Origin: a virus
Lineage: Duplodnaviria; Caudoviricetes
DNA: 64,000 nucleotides
Virus record (IMG/VR): IMGVR_UViG_3300028591_000174
Coordinates: 1 to 64,000 of that record
Direction: 5' to 3' (one strand)
Part shown: positions 37,900 through 48,500 of the stretch, one piece after another
Position numbering within the stretch: position 1 is the stretch's first letter
Layout of the letters: each line of letters begins with the position of its first letter
Notes under the pieces: model-generated
What the model saw: the letters and a program-made list of their open reading frames with translations, nothing else
Told to the model about the DNA's origin: nothing
Database searches by the model: none
Translations under genes and position numbers: made by a program

Positions 37900-38043
37900 A
37901 ACCACTTTTAGGCTAAAATCGAACGATTTTAGCCTTTTTTATTGCATTTTTATTATTTTTTCTTGCTCTAAATTTAAGGTCGTTTTTTTTTAGTTCTATT
38001 CTGAACCCAGATTGGATAAAAGAATGAGGAATCCACTTGGAGT

Positions 38044-38865
38044 GTGACAACCTTATTCGGTCTTAGGAAGACACCAATTGCTAATACAGGAGTATCGCAA
38101 ATGAAAGAACCTATCTTTACAAAAGAAGCGGTTGAAAAAATTCTTGCAGGGCAGGAAGAAGTCGGACAGAAAGTGGATGCACTTTTCTCTCTTTACAATG
38201 AGGATTTGAACGGTTTGAAAATGAACCGTGATGACCTTAAGAAAGAAAAAGAAGCAGTTGAGGCTAAAAATGCTGAGTTGGTTGCAGAAAATGCAAAAAG
38301 TGCGGAAGATTTTGCAAAACTGCAGAAACAGCTTGAAGCAAACAGCCCTGATGAGATTAAAAAGGCTTACGAGCAGAAACAGGCAGAACTTGAAAGTTCT
38401 TACAAAGGTGTTCTTGAACAGAGGGATACCTCTATTAAAGACCTTACAGAAAAGTTGGCAGTGTCTCAGAAAAATGAGCACTCACTTAAATGTATGCAGG
38501 ACTTTAACAAGGCTACAGCCGGTTTTGATATCGAACCTTCAAGTCGGGATTACCTCTTTACTGCAATCTACGGACAGGACGGCAGCAACTTCTCTGAAAG
38601 AGATTTGGGAAATGGTTTGCAGCTCATAGATAAGAACGGACATACAGGTGAGGGGGCAGTTCGTGCGTTCCTTAACACTGACTTTGGAAAGAAGTTCATT
38701 AAGAACCTTTCAAGTGGCGGTGGTGCTGGAACTGACGGCAATAAGACAAACTCACAGGTTATCAATCCGTTTAAGAAGGAAACTTTTAATCTTTCGGAGC
38801 AGGGCCGCTTGCTGAGAGAAAATCCTGAACTGTACAAACAGATGAAGGAAGCAGCAAAGGCTTAA
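38044..38865 (+). CDS. capsid scaffolding protein
   Basis: Coiled coil before the major capsid gene; C-terminal SGGGAG...NPFKKETFNLSEQ; probable start ATG 38101. Confidence 0.8.
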   Translation: MTTLFGLRKTPIANTGVSQMKEPIFTKEAVEKILAGQEEVGQKVDALFSLYNEDLNGLKMNRDDLKKEKEAVEAKNAELVAENAKSAEDFAKLQKQLEANSPDEIKKAYEQKQAELESSYKGVLEQRDTSIKDLTEKLAVSQKNEHSLKCMQDFNKATAGFDIEPSSRDYLFTAIYGQDGSNFSERDLGNGLQLIDKNGHTGEGAVRAFLNTDFGKKFIKNLSSGGGAGTDGNKTNSQVINPFKKETFNLSEQGRLLRENPELYKQMKEAAKA

Positions 38866-38891
38866 TTTACTCCGATTTATAGGAGAAAAAC

Positions 38892-39896
38892 ATGGCTTCT
38901 ACAAAAATTTCTAACGTAATTGTACCAGAAGTGTACAATCCTTATGTAATTGCCAGAACAGTTGAATTGTCAAGAATCATTGCTTCTGGAATCGCTTCTC
39001 GTGACCCAGACCTCAAATTCCCTGCAGTTGGAACACAGGTAAAAGGCGGTAAGACAATCCATATTCCATTCTGGAAGTCTCTCGTAGACGCAGGTGGAGC
39101 TGACGATGAGGTTCTCTCAGATCAGTCAGGACTCACAGTAAACAACATTGAAGCAGGCGAATCTATTGCTGCTATTCATGTTCGTGGTAAGGCTTGGGGT
39201 GCTAACGACCTCGCTCGTTACTTCTCTGGTGATGACCCAATGTCTGCTATCGCAGATATGAACGCTGCTTACTGGGCAAACCGCATGCAGCATGTTCTCA
39301 TCGCTTCCCTTAAGGGTATCACTGTTGATGAAGCAGGTTCACCTGGAACAAACGCTGCTTTGAAATCACATGTACTCGACATCTCTGGCGAGAGTGCAGG
39401 TGCAGCAGTTCTTTCAAGCGAAGCAATGATTGACGCTATGTATCTCATGGGCGATCACGCTGCAGAACTTGGTGGAATCCTCTGTAACTCAGCAACAATG
39501 GCTAAACTTGTTAAGTTGAACCTTATCGACACAGTTCGCGATGCTGACTCACCTGTAGAATACAAGTTCTACATGGGCAAACCAGTAATCGTTGACGATG
39601 CTCTCGTTGCTGAATCAGGTGCAAACTCTATCTACTTCTTCGGAGCAGGTGCAGTTGCATTCAACGAAGATACAGAAGGTTTGGAAATCACAGAAACAGA
39701 CCGCGACACTCTCAAGGGTGAAGACGTTCTGATTTCTCGCCGTGCATTCGTAATGCACCCACGCGGATTGAAGTGGGTTGGAACACCAGCAGGTGTAACT
39801 CCTTCAAACACAGAACTTGCAAAGGCTTCTAACTGGCAGCTTGCAGATAATATCAAGAATGTGCCAATTACAAAGCTCGTTTGTAAACTCGCATAA
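38892..39896 (+). CDS. major capsid protein
   Basis: TKISNVIVPEVY, IPFWK, RGKAWGANDLA, RRAFVMHPRG, NWQL pattern of coat proteins. Confidence 0.9.
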   Translation: MASTKISNVIVPEVYNPYVIARTVELSRIIASGIASRDPDLKFPAVGTQVKGGKTIHIPFWKSLVDAGGADDEVLSDQSGLTVNNIEAGESIAAIHVRGKAWGANDLARYFSGDDPMSAIADMNAAYWANRMQHVLIASLKGITVDEAGSPGTNAALKSHVLDISGESAGAAVLSSEAMIDAMYLMGDHAAELGGILCNSATMAKLVKLNLIDTVRDADSPVEYKFYMGKPVIVDDALVAESGANSIYFFGAGAVAFNEDTEGLEITETDRDTLKGEDVLISRRAFVMHPRGLKWVGTPAGVTPSNTELAKASNWQLADNIKNVPITKLVCKLA

Positions 39897-39952
39897 CCAA
39901 CGGCAGGGTATCTTTCGGGGTACCCTGCCCTACTATTTGGAGAATAAGCAAA

Positions 39953-40234
39953 ATGGGAATGATGACATTTTCATTGCAGAGACAGCGTGAAGAGGAAGCA
40001 AAGAAAAAGGCTGAATTGAAGGCTGCTGAAACAGAAAAAGAAACAAAGGATGCAGATAATGAACCTGCAAAGGAACCTGTATCTGATGATAAGGTTGCAG
40101 ACAAAGAAGTTAAGGCTGATGTAAAGGCTGAAAGCAAGGATGCATCAAAAGCAGACGCAAAATCTGACGCAAAGACAGATAAGGCTGATGCAAAAACTGA
40201 AAAGTCAGACAAGCCAAAGGCTGGTCGCGACTAA
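39953..40234 (+). CDS. low-complexity Ala/Lys/Asp-rich head accessory protein
   Basis: MGMMTF..QR start and KADAK repeats after the capsid gene. Confidence 0.55.
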   Translation: MGMMTFSLQRQREEEAKKKAELKAAETEKETKDADNEPAKEPVSDDKVADKEVKADVKAESKDASKADAKSDAKTDKADAKTEKSDKPKAGRD

Positions 40235-40245
40235 GGAAGTATAAA

Positions 40246-40818
40246 ATGGCTGATGTAGAAGAAAAAGAAATACCTCTTATCGTTGAGGACGGTTCATGCG
40301 TTCCAAACGCAAACTGCTATGTCAGTCTTGAGTGGGCTGATGAGTATATGACTAATTCCGGGAAGACTTCTTGGAGTGAACTTTCTGAAAATCAGAAGAA
40401 GTCATATCTCATCAACGCCACTTCTTACATTGACAGCACATATTCAAAACTTGGCTGGAAAGGAAAAAAGAAATTTCACAGAAAGCAGAGTCTTTGTTTT
40501 CCGCGTGTCGAACTTTACGACAAGGACGGATATGAGGTTGAAGGTATCCCTGTAGAACTTATGAAGGCTGTTTGTGAAGCAGGTTTCATTTCTACTACCA
40601 CTTCCCTCTTCTCTGTAAAGGACGCTTCTGGAACCATTAAGTCTCAGAAGGTAGATGTGCTTGAAGTTGAGTATTACTCGGAGAAAGATTCTTCGGGAAA
40701 TTATATTTCACGCTTTACTGTATTGGATTACCTTCTTGCAGATTTCTACAAGACAAAAGAATCACGACATCGCTGTAAGAAAGCAGTTCATACTAACTTA
40801 ATCGGGAGTTTTGCATAA
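40246..40818 (+). CDS. head-tail connector (DnaT-like family)
   Basis: LIVEDG...ANCYVSL..AD.Y, QSLCFPR, IPVELMKAVCE. Confidence 0.8.
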   Translation: MADVEEKEIPLIVEDGSCVPNANCYVSLEWADEYMTNSGKTSWSELSENQKKSYLINATSYIDSTYSKLGWKGKKKFHRKQSLCFPRVELYDKDGYEVEGIPVELMKAVCEAGFISTTTSLFSVKDASGTIKSQKVDVLEVEYYSEKDSSGNYISRFTVLDYLLADFYKTKESRHRCKKAVHTNLIGSFA

Positions 40819-41183
40819 TGGACTATCAGTCATTACGTTCAGTTGCAGATTCTCTCATTAATGATTTTTCCAATGGACAGACTGCCGTTTTACTTAAAGG
40901 CGAAAAGGTAAAGGATTCCACTGGAAGAACTACAGTAAACTTCCGTGAAGTTGATAACGGACTTGCTGTTATGACTTCTTATTCTGAAGAGGCTATTGCT
41001 GCGAGTAACGGAGTTATCGGTGCTGGTGACGTTAAGTTTGTATGCAGATTTTCTGAACAGCCAAATGAAGTTCAGGACCGCATAAGATACGCAGGTGTTG
41101 AATATAACGTTATTCATTGCAGACCGATTAATCCTACAGGTGCTTTTGTAGTTACTTATGTAATACAAGGGAGACGAGCATAA
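40818..41183 (+). CDS. head-tail adaptor/closure protein
   Basis: Position, size and YxVI...INP C-terminus. Confidence 0.65.
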   Translation: MDYQSLRSVADSLINDFSNGQTAVLLKGEKVKDSTGRTTVNFREVDNGLAVMTSYSEEAIAASNGVIGAGDVKFVCRFSEQPNEVQDRIRYAGVEYNVIHCRPINPTGAFVVTYVIQGRRA

Positions 41184-41980
41184 TGGCTACCTTCAACGTA
41201 AGGATTAAGGCTCAAGGTGCTTCAAGGATTGAACATTTTACAGACAAGAGTGGTAAGGCATTTGCTAAAACAATTGCAGGAGCGATTGAAGAAAGAGTGG
41301 CAACCGCAATGGGAAGTGCAATTGTTGAGGAAATGGAGAAAAACAGAGCACGAACCTTATTCTTGTCAGCAGTATTCTTTCAGCGTGTAGTAAACAGAAC
41401 TCCATTGGATGAAGATTACTACTACATGAATAAGAAAGGAGAACTTGCGATTCATAACAAAGATGATGATGTTGTCCGCGACTGCTGGGTTGCAAGTTAT
41501 AACAATAGAAAGATAACTTCCAAACAGCTTCGTGAATCAGGACTTACATTTGACACTTTTAATGATGAAGGCGAAATAAGACAGATTTATGAAGTCTTCA
41601 GTAAGGCTTTCATTCAGGGTAAAGGAAAGAGAAACATAAACTCAATCAAAATAGAAAATACGAATGAAAGATTCCCAATGCTTGAATACGGAGAGTATCA
41701 GGCTGACGGAGATATAAAACGTGGCGAGTTGTATTACCACGGTGTTGAGGGCGGTTACTCAGTACAGGCCCCACACGGAATGTTGAGAATTACAGAGGCA
41801 GAGTTTGAAACTATGTCTCTTAATATGAGTAGTGATGACCTTATAAAGAATTATGTAAGTCGTTCACAAAGAACTAAGAAGGTTCCTTCAGCTTCAAGAA
41901 TGGAAGAGTTGAAGAGAATAATCAATAAAGGTCACTTAAAAGAAAGTGACTTAGACGCAGTAGAGAGGATGTATTTATGA
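41183..41980 (+). CDS. neck/tail completion protein (HK97 gp10-like)
   Basis: RVVNRTPLD, LEYG, GYSVQAPHGMLRIT. Confidence 0.7.
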   Translation: MATFNVRIKAQGASRIEHFTDKSGKAFAKTIAGAIEERVATAMGSAIVEEMEKNRARTLFLSAVFFQRVVNRTPLDEDYYYMNKKGELAIHNKDDDVVRDCWVASYNNRKITSKQLRESGLTFDTFNDEGEIRQIYEVFSKAFIQGKGKRNINSIKIENTNERFPMLEYGEYQADGDIKRGELYYHGVEGGYSVQAPHGMLRITEAEFETMSLNMSSDDLIKNYVSRSQRTKKVPSASRMEELKRIINKGHLKESDLDAVERMYL

Positions 41981-42408
41981 CAGATACCTATATTTACGAT
42001 AAAGTCCTTCAGCGTTTCAAAGAAGTAATAGACGAGTTCAATAACAAACATGGTTACAATTGTGTTGTATTTGAACCAAACGATACAGATACAAGACCAC
42101 AGAATGAACTGTGGTTTGAAATATTTCAGTTGCATAGTCAGCCGTTTCAGCAGGAGCTTGGCCGTGCTGGTCGCAACAGATGGACCTTCGGACTTCAGAT
42201 TAACATCAATGGTTCAAGGTCTGCTATAAGTGGCACTAATGCTTACGATGAGGCTTACGATTATATCGCAGCACATTTCAAGCGTGGTGATATTTTTGAC
42301 GGAATAAGAGTTCTTAAGACTGCATATCGTTCTTCCGCACGAATACAGGATGACTATTATTCTGTACCTGTGACCGTAATGGTTCAGGCAGATTTACCTA
42401 ACAATTGA
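41977..42408 (+). CDS. tail terminator protein
   Basis: Position before the tail tube gene; FEPN...LQINI...VPVTV pattern. Confidence 0.65.
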   Translation: MTDTYIYDKVLQRFKEVIDEFNNKHGYNCVVFEPNDTDTRPQNELWFEIFQLHSQPFQQELGRAGRNRWTFGLQININGSRSAISGTNAYDEAYDYIAAHFKRGDIFDGIRVLKTAYRSSARIQDDYYSVPVTVMVQADLPNN

Positions 42409-42409
42409 G

Positions 42410-44119
42410 GTGAATGAAATGATAGATAAATCAGAAATCATGCACAATATAAAAGTCGGTTCTGATACAGACATCTACCTTGCCCGAATTAATACCGATA
42501 AAGAATCGGCTAATTTTACCAAGGTAAAGACTAAAGACGGTATCTTTGCTTTCCCATATCTTACTCGAACAACCGGCAACAGTCTTAAACCGACAACTGA
42601 ATACATCCAGTCAAACGAACTGAGAAAAGGTGGAGCCGAATCTGCACCAAGACCTGGCAATACCTCTGTTGAAGGAAGTATTGACGTAGAACTTTCTCCA
42701 GATACTTTCGATGACAACCTCTGTTCTGTTTTTGACAGCGAGTGGAAACCTTGGAAGTCAGACGCTGACTCTGCAAGTAACCTCGATAAAGTTCCTTGTT
42801 CTGATGGTAACTTCCTTACAAGAGCAAATAAACTCAAAGACCCTCAAGACCCTACAAAGGGTTATGACGAAGACTCTTACAACACAAGCGAAACATTCGG
42901 TCAGCGTAAACTTCTCAGCACTGCTGATGGTGACGGTGGTCTTATCATTGTTCCTGCAGGAAGCGTTGTAAACGAAATGACATTCAGCAAGAAAAAGATT
43001 GAGTATCTTATCGCCAAGAAATACGGCGGAGTTGAAAATGAGGATATGTATCATATCTTCAAGAGACTCGCAATCGGTACTCTTGATTTGAACGCTGAAA
43101 TCGGTGCAATTGTAACAGGTTCATTCGGCTTCATGGGTGACTCAAGCTCACCAATCATGGATACTGCTGAAACAAAAACCTATATGGGCGGTTCTTCAAC
43201 AGACAAGTTTGAAGATGGTGTAACAACTGGTAACTCATTCGTTGCAAATCTCCCAAGTAAAGCAACTGATACAGACCAGTTCACATCTCGTGAGGGTGAC
43301 CTCTGGATTAACGGAAAGAACATTACTTTCGCTCAGTCTCTTTCAATGAACATTGATAAGAACCTTGAAAAGAAGTATGCACTTTTCGTAAAGAATCCTA
43401 TTTCAAAGACATCTTTGAGAAAGGCTATCACACTTAATATCAATACATACCTTGTTCCTGATGCAAAGACACTTTACAACCTTGCTAACGACAACAAGAC
43501 TTTTGAAGTTCTCTTCGCATTTGAAGATAAAGGTTACATGAACGACCTTGCTACTGATGACCAGAAACCTGAGTACATCTACCTCGTTCAGATTTTCAAC
43601 TCTAAGGCTGAAGACAGAGATTTGTCTGCTTCCGGCGAAGGCGATTACAATATGTCAATTCCTCTCCGTTCATTCGGTGAGAGACTTTGCCGTATCTTCA
43701 AGATTGCTCTTCCAAAATTCAACACTGCAAAGGCTGTTGTTTCTAACAGCGAATACAATGTTGTATACACACCAAACATCCTTCTCAGTCAGGGCGAACT
43801 TACTGCTTATGATGCTTCTACAGCACCTAACGGTATCAAACTCACAAAGAAGGTAGACGGTGGTTCTGCTACTGATGTAACTGTTGTACTCGGTTACGAA
43901 GTAAGTGACGGAGCTGGCGGTACAAAGATTGTAGACGCAAGCGGTTCAACAATTGACAATGCAAATGTAATCCTTGACCTTGTTGAAGAAGCAGATGCAA
44001 CTGATACTTACGGTCAGGTTTATGTAAAGACAGAACTTACAGCTTCAGACACTGGAAGTTATGAATACACATTGAGCTGGAACGGAAAGGATTGTACATG
44101 TAACTTCACCATTGCGTAA
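42410..44119 (+). CDS. major tail tube protein with C-terminal extension
   Basis: IQSNELR...GSIDVELSP, LNAEIGAIVTGSFGFMG. Confidence 0.8.
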   Translation: MNEMIDKSEIMHNIKVGSDTDIYLARINTDKESANFTKVKTKDGIFAFPYLTRTTGNSLKPTTEYIQSNELRKGGAESAPRPGNTSVEGSIDVELSPDTFDDNLCSVFDSEWKPWKSDADSASNLDKVPCSDGNFLTRANKLKDPQDPTKGYDEDSYNTSETFGQRKLLSTADGDGGLIIVPAGSVVNEMTFSKKKIEYLIAKKYGGVENEDMYHIFKRLAIGTLDLNAEIGAIVTGSFGFMGDSSSPIMDTAETKTYMGGSSTDKFEDGVTTGNSFVANLPSKATDTDQFTSREGDLWINGKNITFAQSLSMNIDKNLEKKYALFVKNPISKTSLRKAITLNINTYLVPDAKTLYNLANDNKTFEVLFAFEDKGYMNDLATDDQKPEYIYLVQIFNSKAEDRDLSASGEGDYNMSIPLRSFGERLCRIFKIALPKFNTAKAVVSNSEYNVVYTPNILLSQGELTAYDASTAPNGIKLTKKVDGGSATDVTVVLGYEVSDGAGGTKIVDASGSTIDNANVILDLVEEADATDTYGQVYVKTELTASDTGSYEYTLSWNGKDCTCNFTIA

Positions 44120-44203
44120 GTTTAAGGTATCAATTTTTTCAATCTAATATATATCCGAGTTTCGTATGAGGCTCGGATATTTTTTTAGGAGATAAAAACA
44201 AAC

Positions 44204-44629
44204 ATGGAGAAAACTCAGATTAACGTTGAGGATTTCTACACAGAGGAAAACGAAGATAAAGGCAGATGGATGCAGCCTGTTATCAAAGGTAAACCTTGTG
44301 GAATTGAATTCCTTGTTACTGGTATGGGTAAGGATGAAAATCTTGTAAGTCAGGAACGTTATGAAAAAGAAATGGCCAAACTTGAAGAACTCAAGGACCC
44401 GGTTGAAAAAGTAAAAAGACAGAAGAAACTTGATGCAAAACATATTGCAAGTTTTGTTCATGGAGTCCGTGCTGCAGAAGGTTGTGAAGCAACGATTGGC
44501 GGAAAACCTATTGAATATTCAGTTCCTTTTATCGAGGAGTTCTTGTTCAATGCACCGCTTATCAAGATTCAGATTGCTAAGTTCGCAAGGGAAACCACAA
44601 ATTTTACCGGAAGGGAGAAGAACGCCTAA
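44204..44629 (+). CDS. tail assembly chaperone G
   Basis: Between tail tube and tape measure; slippery A AAT TTT at 44599-44605. Confidence 0.75.
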   Translation: MEKTQINVEDFYTEENEDKGRWMQPVIKGKPCGIEFLVTGMGKDENLVSQERYEKEMAKLEELKDPVEKVKRQKKLDAKHIASFVHGVRAAEGCEATIGGKPIEYSVPFIEEFLFNAPLIKIQIAKFARETTNFTGREKNA

Positions 44630-45072
44630 AAGAAGCAGTTGAGCGTTATTTCTTCCTTAATCATTACCACCCGGTTAAACAGAAAGTCGTAAAGAACGGA
44701 AAGGAGACTACTGAAACCAAGTGGGTAAGAAACGTTGATGAAAGAGAACAGATTATCGAACGGAGAGGCGGCGGAGACCGTAAGCTCGGTGAGAAGAAGT
44801 TCTTTGAAATGGGTGAACAGGCAGAGAGATACAAAAAAATGAGGGATATCCCTCCTCCACCCGAATACGAATGGATATTCAGACAGTTCCTGAATATATG
44901 GCAGGGCTGTGAATATGATATGGCTGGGAATGCCATTTTTACTTTCAGAACAATCAATGAGTACGTTGAATGTATGAAAGTACCGCTGACAGTAGAGGAT
45001 AAAAAATGTCTTCTGAAAATGAAAGCGTGGGCCATGAACACCATATCGGAAATGAAAGACAAAGAGGAGTAA
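44599..45072 (+). CDS. tail assembly chaperone GT extension (-1 frame)
   Basis: The -1 frame is open from the slippery site through 44809-45072 (PPPPEYEWIF..FL.IW). Confidence 0.7.
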   Translation, partial: KFYRKGEERLKEAVERYFFLNHYHPVKQKVVKNGKETTETKWVRNVDEREQIIERRGGGDRKLGEKKFFEMGEQAERYKKMRDIPPPPEYEWIFRQFLNIWQGCEYDMAGNAIFTFRTINEYVECMKVPLTVEDKKCLLKMKAWAMNTISEMKDKEE

Positions 45073-45075
45073 TAA

Positions 45076-45489
45076 ATGAAAACAATCAAAATTGAAAATT
45101 TTTTTACAGATGTAAACGAACGTGAAGGTGTATGGTACGAGCCTTTTGGAGAGAAGAAATGGAATCTCCAGCTTCTTCTTATCGGCATTCACTCTGAAGA
45201 GGCTGAAAAACTTATGAATGAGTATGACGAAAAGTCAGACAAGATTCGTGATGATGCCAAACTCAGCAATGAAGAAAAGGATAAGAAACTTGAAGAACTT
45301 GACGCTGAAAGAGTTGCTTCACTCTGTAAAGGAATCAGATCAGTAGACGGTTCTGAAGTTACATACAACGGAAAACCAGTTGAGAGCGTATTTGAAGTTG
45401 CGAAAGAACTTTTCTTGAACAGCACTCCTCTCAAACTGGATTGTGCAGACTTCATTGTTAACAGTGCCAACTTTGTAAAAGAAGATTAA
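45076..45489 (+). CDS. second tail-chaperone paralogue
   Basis: N-terminus KIENFFTDVNEREGVWYEP resembles NVEDFYTEENEDKGRWMQP of 44204; similar C-terminus. Confidence 0.55.
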   Translation: MKTIKIENFFTDVNEREGVWYEPFGEKKWNLQLLLIGIHSEEAEKLMNEYDEKSDKIRDDAKLSNEEKDKKLEELDAERVASLCKGIRSVDGSEVTYNGKPVESVFEVAKELFLNSTPLKLDCADFIVNSANFVKED

Positions 45490-45562
45490 TCCTTCTTGCA
45501 ATTATCAGACTGTGCTGAAAATTGCACAGTCTTTTTTTATACATTTTTTGTGAGGTGAAATC

Positions 45563-48500
45563 ATGGAAGTTAGTGTAGTAGAACAGGAATTAAGGGTAAA
45601 AGCTGAACAGGCAATAAAAGAGATGAATAAGCTCACGGCTTCTGCACAGGGTTATGCTGCACAGCTTGCAAATATTTCAAATTACCTCGACCAGATTAAT
45701 AAAAAGTCTTTATCAAACATCAATAAACAGATTAATAATGTTACTCACAGTAACAACATTGCGAACCAGAACATTGGCACCAATTATGACTTCGGCAATC
45801 ACAGAAAAGCAGCAAAGAGTAGTACCGGGGCTGTAATGGTTTCTGATACTGGCCGAGAGAAGGTATTCCGCGATTATGAACAGGCAATTATTGACGAAAC
45901 GATTGCAATCAGAAAGGACATTGAAAGACGTACAAAACTTAGAAAACAGAGAGCTGACGCAGAACTTGTAAGAAATCAGAATACATCCGCCGCCATTGCA
46001 AAACGAGAGGATAAATCTTCACAGGCATATTCTGACAGGCAGGATATGTTAGCACAGGCTCAATTACTTAGAGCTAGAGCGGCTCAGCAAGGTGCATTAA
46101 ATCGAAACTGGAAATATCAAGCAGGCCGTGGGCTTCAAAATTTAGGTGGTATAGTCGGTGGAATCGGCACTGGCGGAAGAATGGTTGGGCTTGGGCTTGA
46201 TACTGCCGGTGCAATGCTTAAGGCTCCTGCTCTTGGTGCTACGGCTGCAATTACGAATCTTGCGAAAGGAATATCTGATTTAAGTAAAGAAGCAGTAAAA
46301 TCTTTTGCAGAAATAGAATCTATTAAAACTCAGTTAGGAGTTGTTTTCTCAAACCAGACACAAGCTGATTCAGTATTTGGAGATATTTCTCAGTACGCAG
46401 TTAAATCTCCATTCGGTGTACAGCAGACTTCTGAACTTGCCGTTCTTTTGAAACAGTCTGGTGTTTACGCTTCTGACTTGATGAACACTCTCAAAATGAT
46501 TGGAGATACCGCTGGCGGTAACATGGAGAAGATGAAGCGTATTGCAAATAACTACGCTCAGATTGTTTCCATTGGTAAAGCCTCTATGCTTGATATGCGT
46601 CAGTTCGCTTATGCAGGTATTCCTATTTTTGAAGCAGTATCAAAAGAGCTTGGTGTATCTCAGCAGGAACTCCGTAAACTTATATCTGATGGTAAGGTAA
46701 CTTCTGATATTATTGAAAAGGTATTCAAAGACCTTACAGGTATCAACGGTATCTTTGAAAACGCAACTGAAAAAGGTGCAAAGACATTAAAAGCTCGTTT
46801 ACAGAACTTGCAGGATGCTAAACAATTAGCATTTTCAGAAGGTGGCCAGTTACTGACAAATTTTGGAGCCAAAACAGGAAATGATTCTTTTGCAAATAAG
46901 TTTGTCACATGGGCTGAAAATTTCTATCAGTATGTAAAGGATAATATCAACACTAAAAACATACAGACAGATGTTGCAATAATTGCAAGAAGAAATGACA
47001 GAATAGAAACTCTTAAACAGTTAATAAAAGAAACTGATAAAAAAGAACTTAAGGAAACTTACAGACGAGAACTTGAACAGGAACTTAAAAAAATTGACTT
47101 AGATGCAGAGCGTAATAAATATGCTTTGTCTTATGATTCAAAAATGGGAAGGCTTGAAAAAGCATACGAAGCTCTCTCTGGTTATTCTGTAAACGACCCT
47201 ACTTTAAGACTTGCTGCATTAAACCTGCTTTCTGGTCCACAGCAAGGAAGAAGTTATGCAAGTCTTAATCAATACTCAGAAGAGTATAAAGGGATGTCTC
47301 AATCTGAATTGGAGCAATTATCAAGTTTATTCAAAGAGCTTGTAGATGCCATCAATGCTAACTCAACTTTAACAAATGAAGATATAAAGGCAAATAGAGA
47401 AAGGAATCTTATTGCTGAGCAGCAATTGGCATTTGATCAAGAAAACAAAAGGGCTGACCAGACTAATTCTCTTAACTCTAAGTTCCAAGAACTTTATGAA
47501 CTCTATAAGGGAAGTGATGAATATCAGAAAAAGGAAGAAGATAAAAAAATAAAATCTCTTACCGAAGCAAAAGAAGTTCTTAAACAACTTGTGCCAAAAG
47601 CAGATGAGAATGGTCTTGTAGACATGAGTAAATTCTCAATGCTAGAGTTCCAGAAATATGATGCTCAAGGTGCTTTTGTTCCAGGTGGAAAATTTGATGT
47701 AGTCAGAGGTAATAACCCAACTAATAAAGAGGATATGGCCGCACTTAGAAGTCAGTTTACCTATGCAATGAGTGAGGCTTCTAAATATCTTAATCTTTAT
47801 GATTCAAGAACTTCAACAGCACTTACTGAACAGTTAAAAGACCTTAATAGTAATCTTGATGATAATGCATACCTCGACAAATTTAGTGAAACATTTAATG
47901 CTGTAAGAGACATAATGAATGTAGCTAAAGTTCCTGGTAATGTAAGAAATCAGATTTTAGGTTGGATTACATCGGCCACCATGTCTCACGAAGTAACAGT
48001 TGGTGGTGAAAATGCAAATCCAAACGATGTTACAAAAGGTCCTAAGTTTGTGCCTCTTTGGGAACGTATCCTTTCAGGAGCAACAGGTCTTACAACCAAC
48101 GGTATGACAGACACATTGTCTACTATGGCTAATTACCGTGATGATATGGCTGTTCGCAATATGACTTCTGGTGTTCTTACTGCAACTATGAAGTCTATGG
48201 GTATTGATAAGGCAATGAGTCTTATGCGTACCAAGAGTGCTGTCCAGCTTGCAGGTGACAGCGGTAAGACTTTCCAGATTGACTGGCAGGCTACAAAAAA
48301 GGCAATTAAAGATTTCTCTACTCAATTGTCTGCTTCTACAGAAGTTATCACTGCATATAAGAAAGGTCTTGAAGATGAACTTAATACTTATGAACAGTTG
48401 GTTGCCGCCGGATATACACAGGCTGAATCAACAGATTTAGGCTCTCAAAAATTCGTAAGCACAAAGAAACTTGAGCAACTTGCTTTAGGTAACTCTTCTC

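Noticed and set aside
39953-40234. Tandem-repeat array in the AKAD-rich ORF
   Set aside because: Explained by low-complexity protein coding, not a DNA repeat system.
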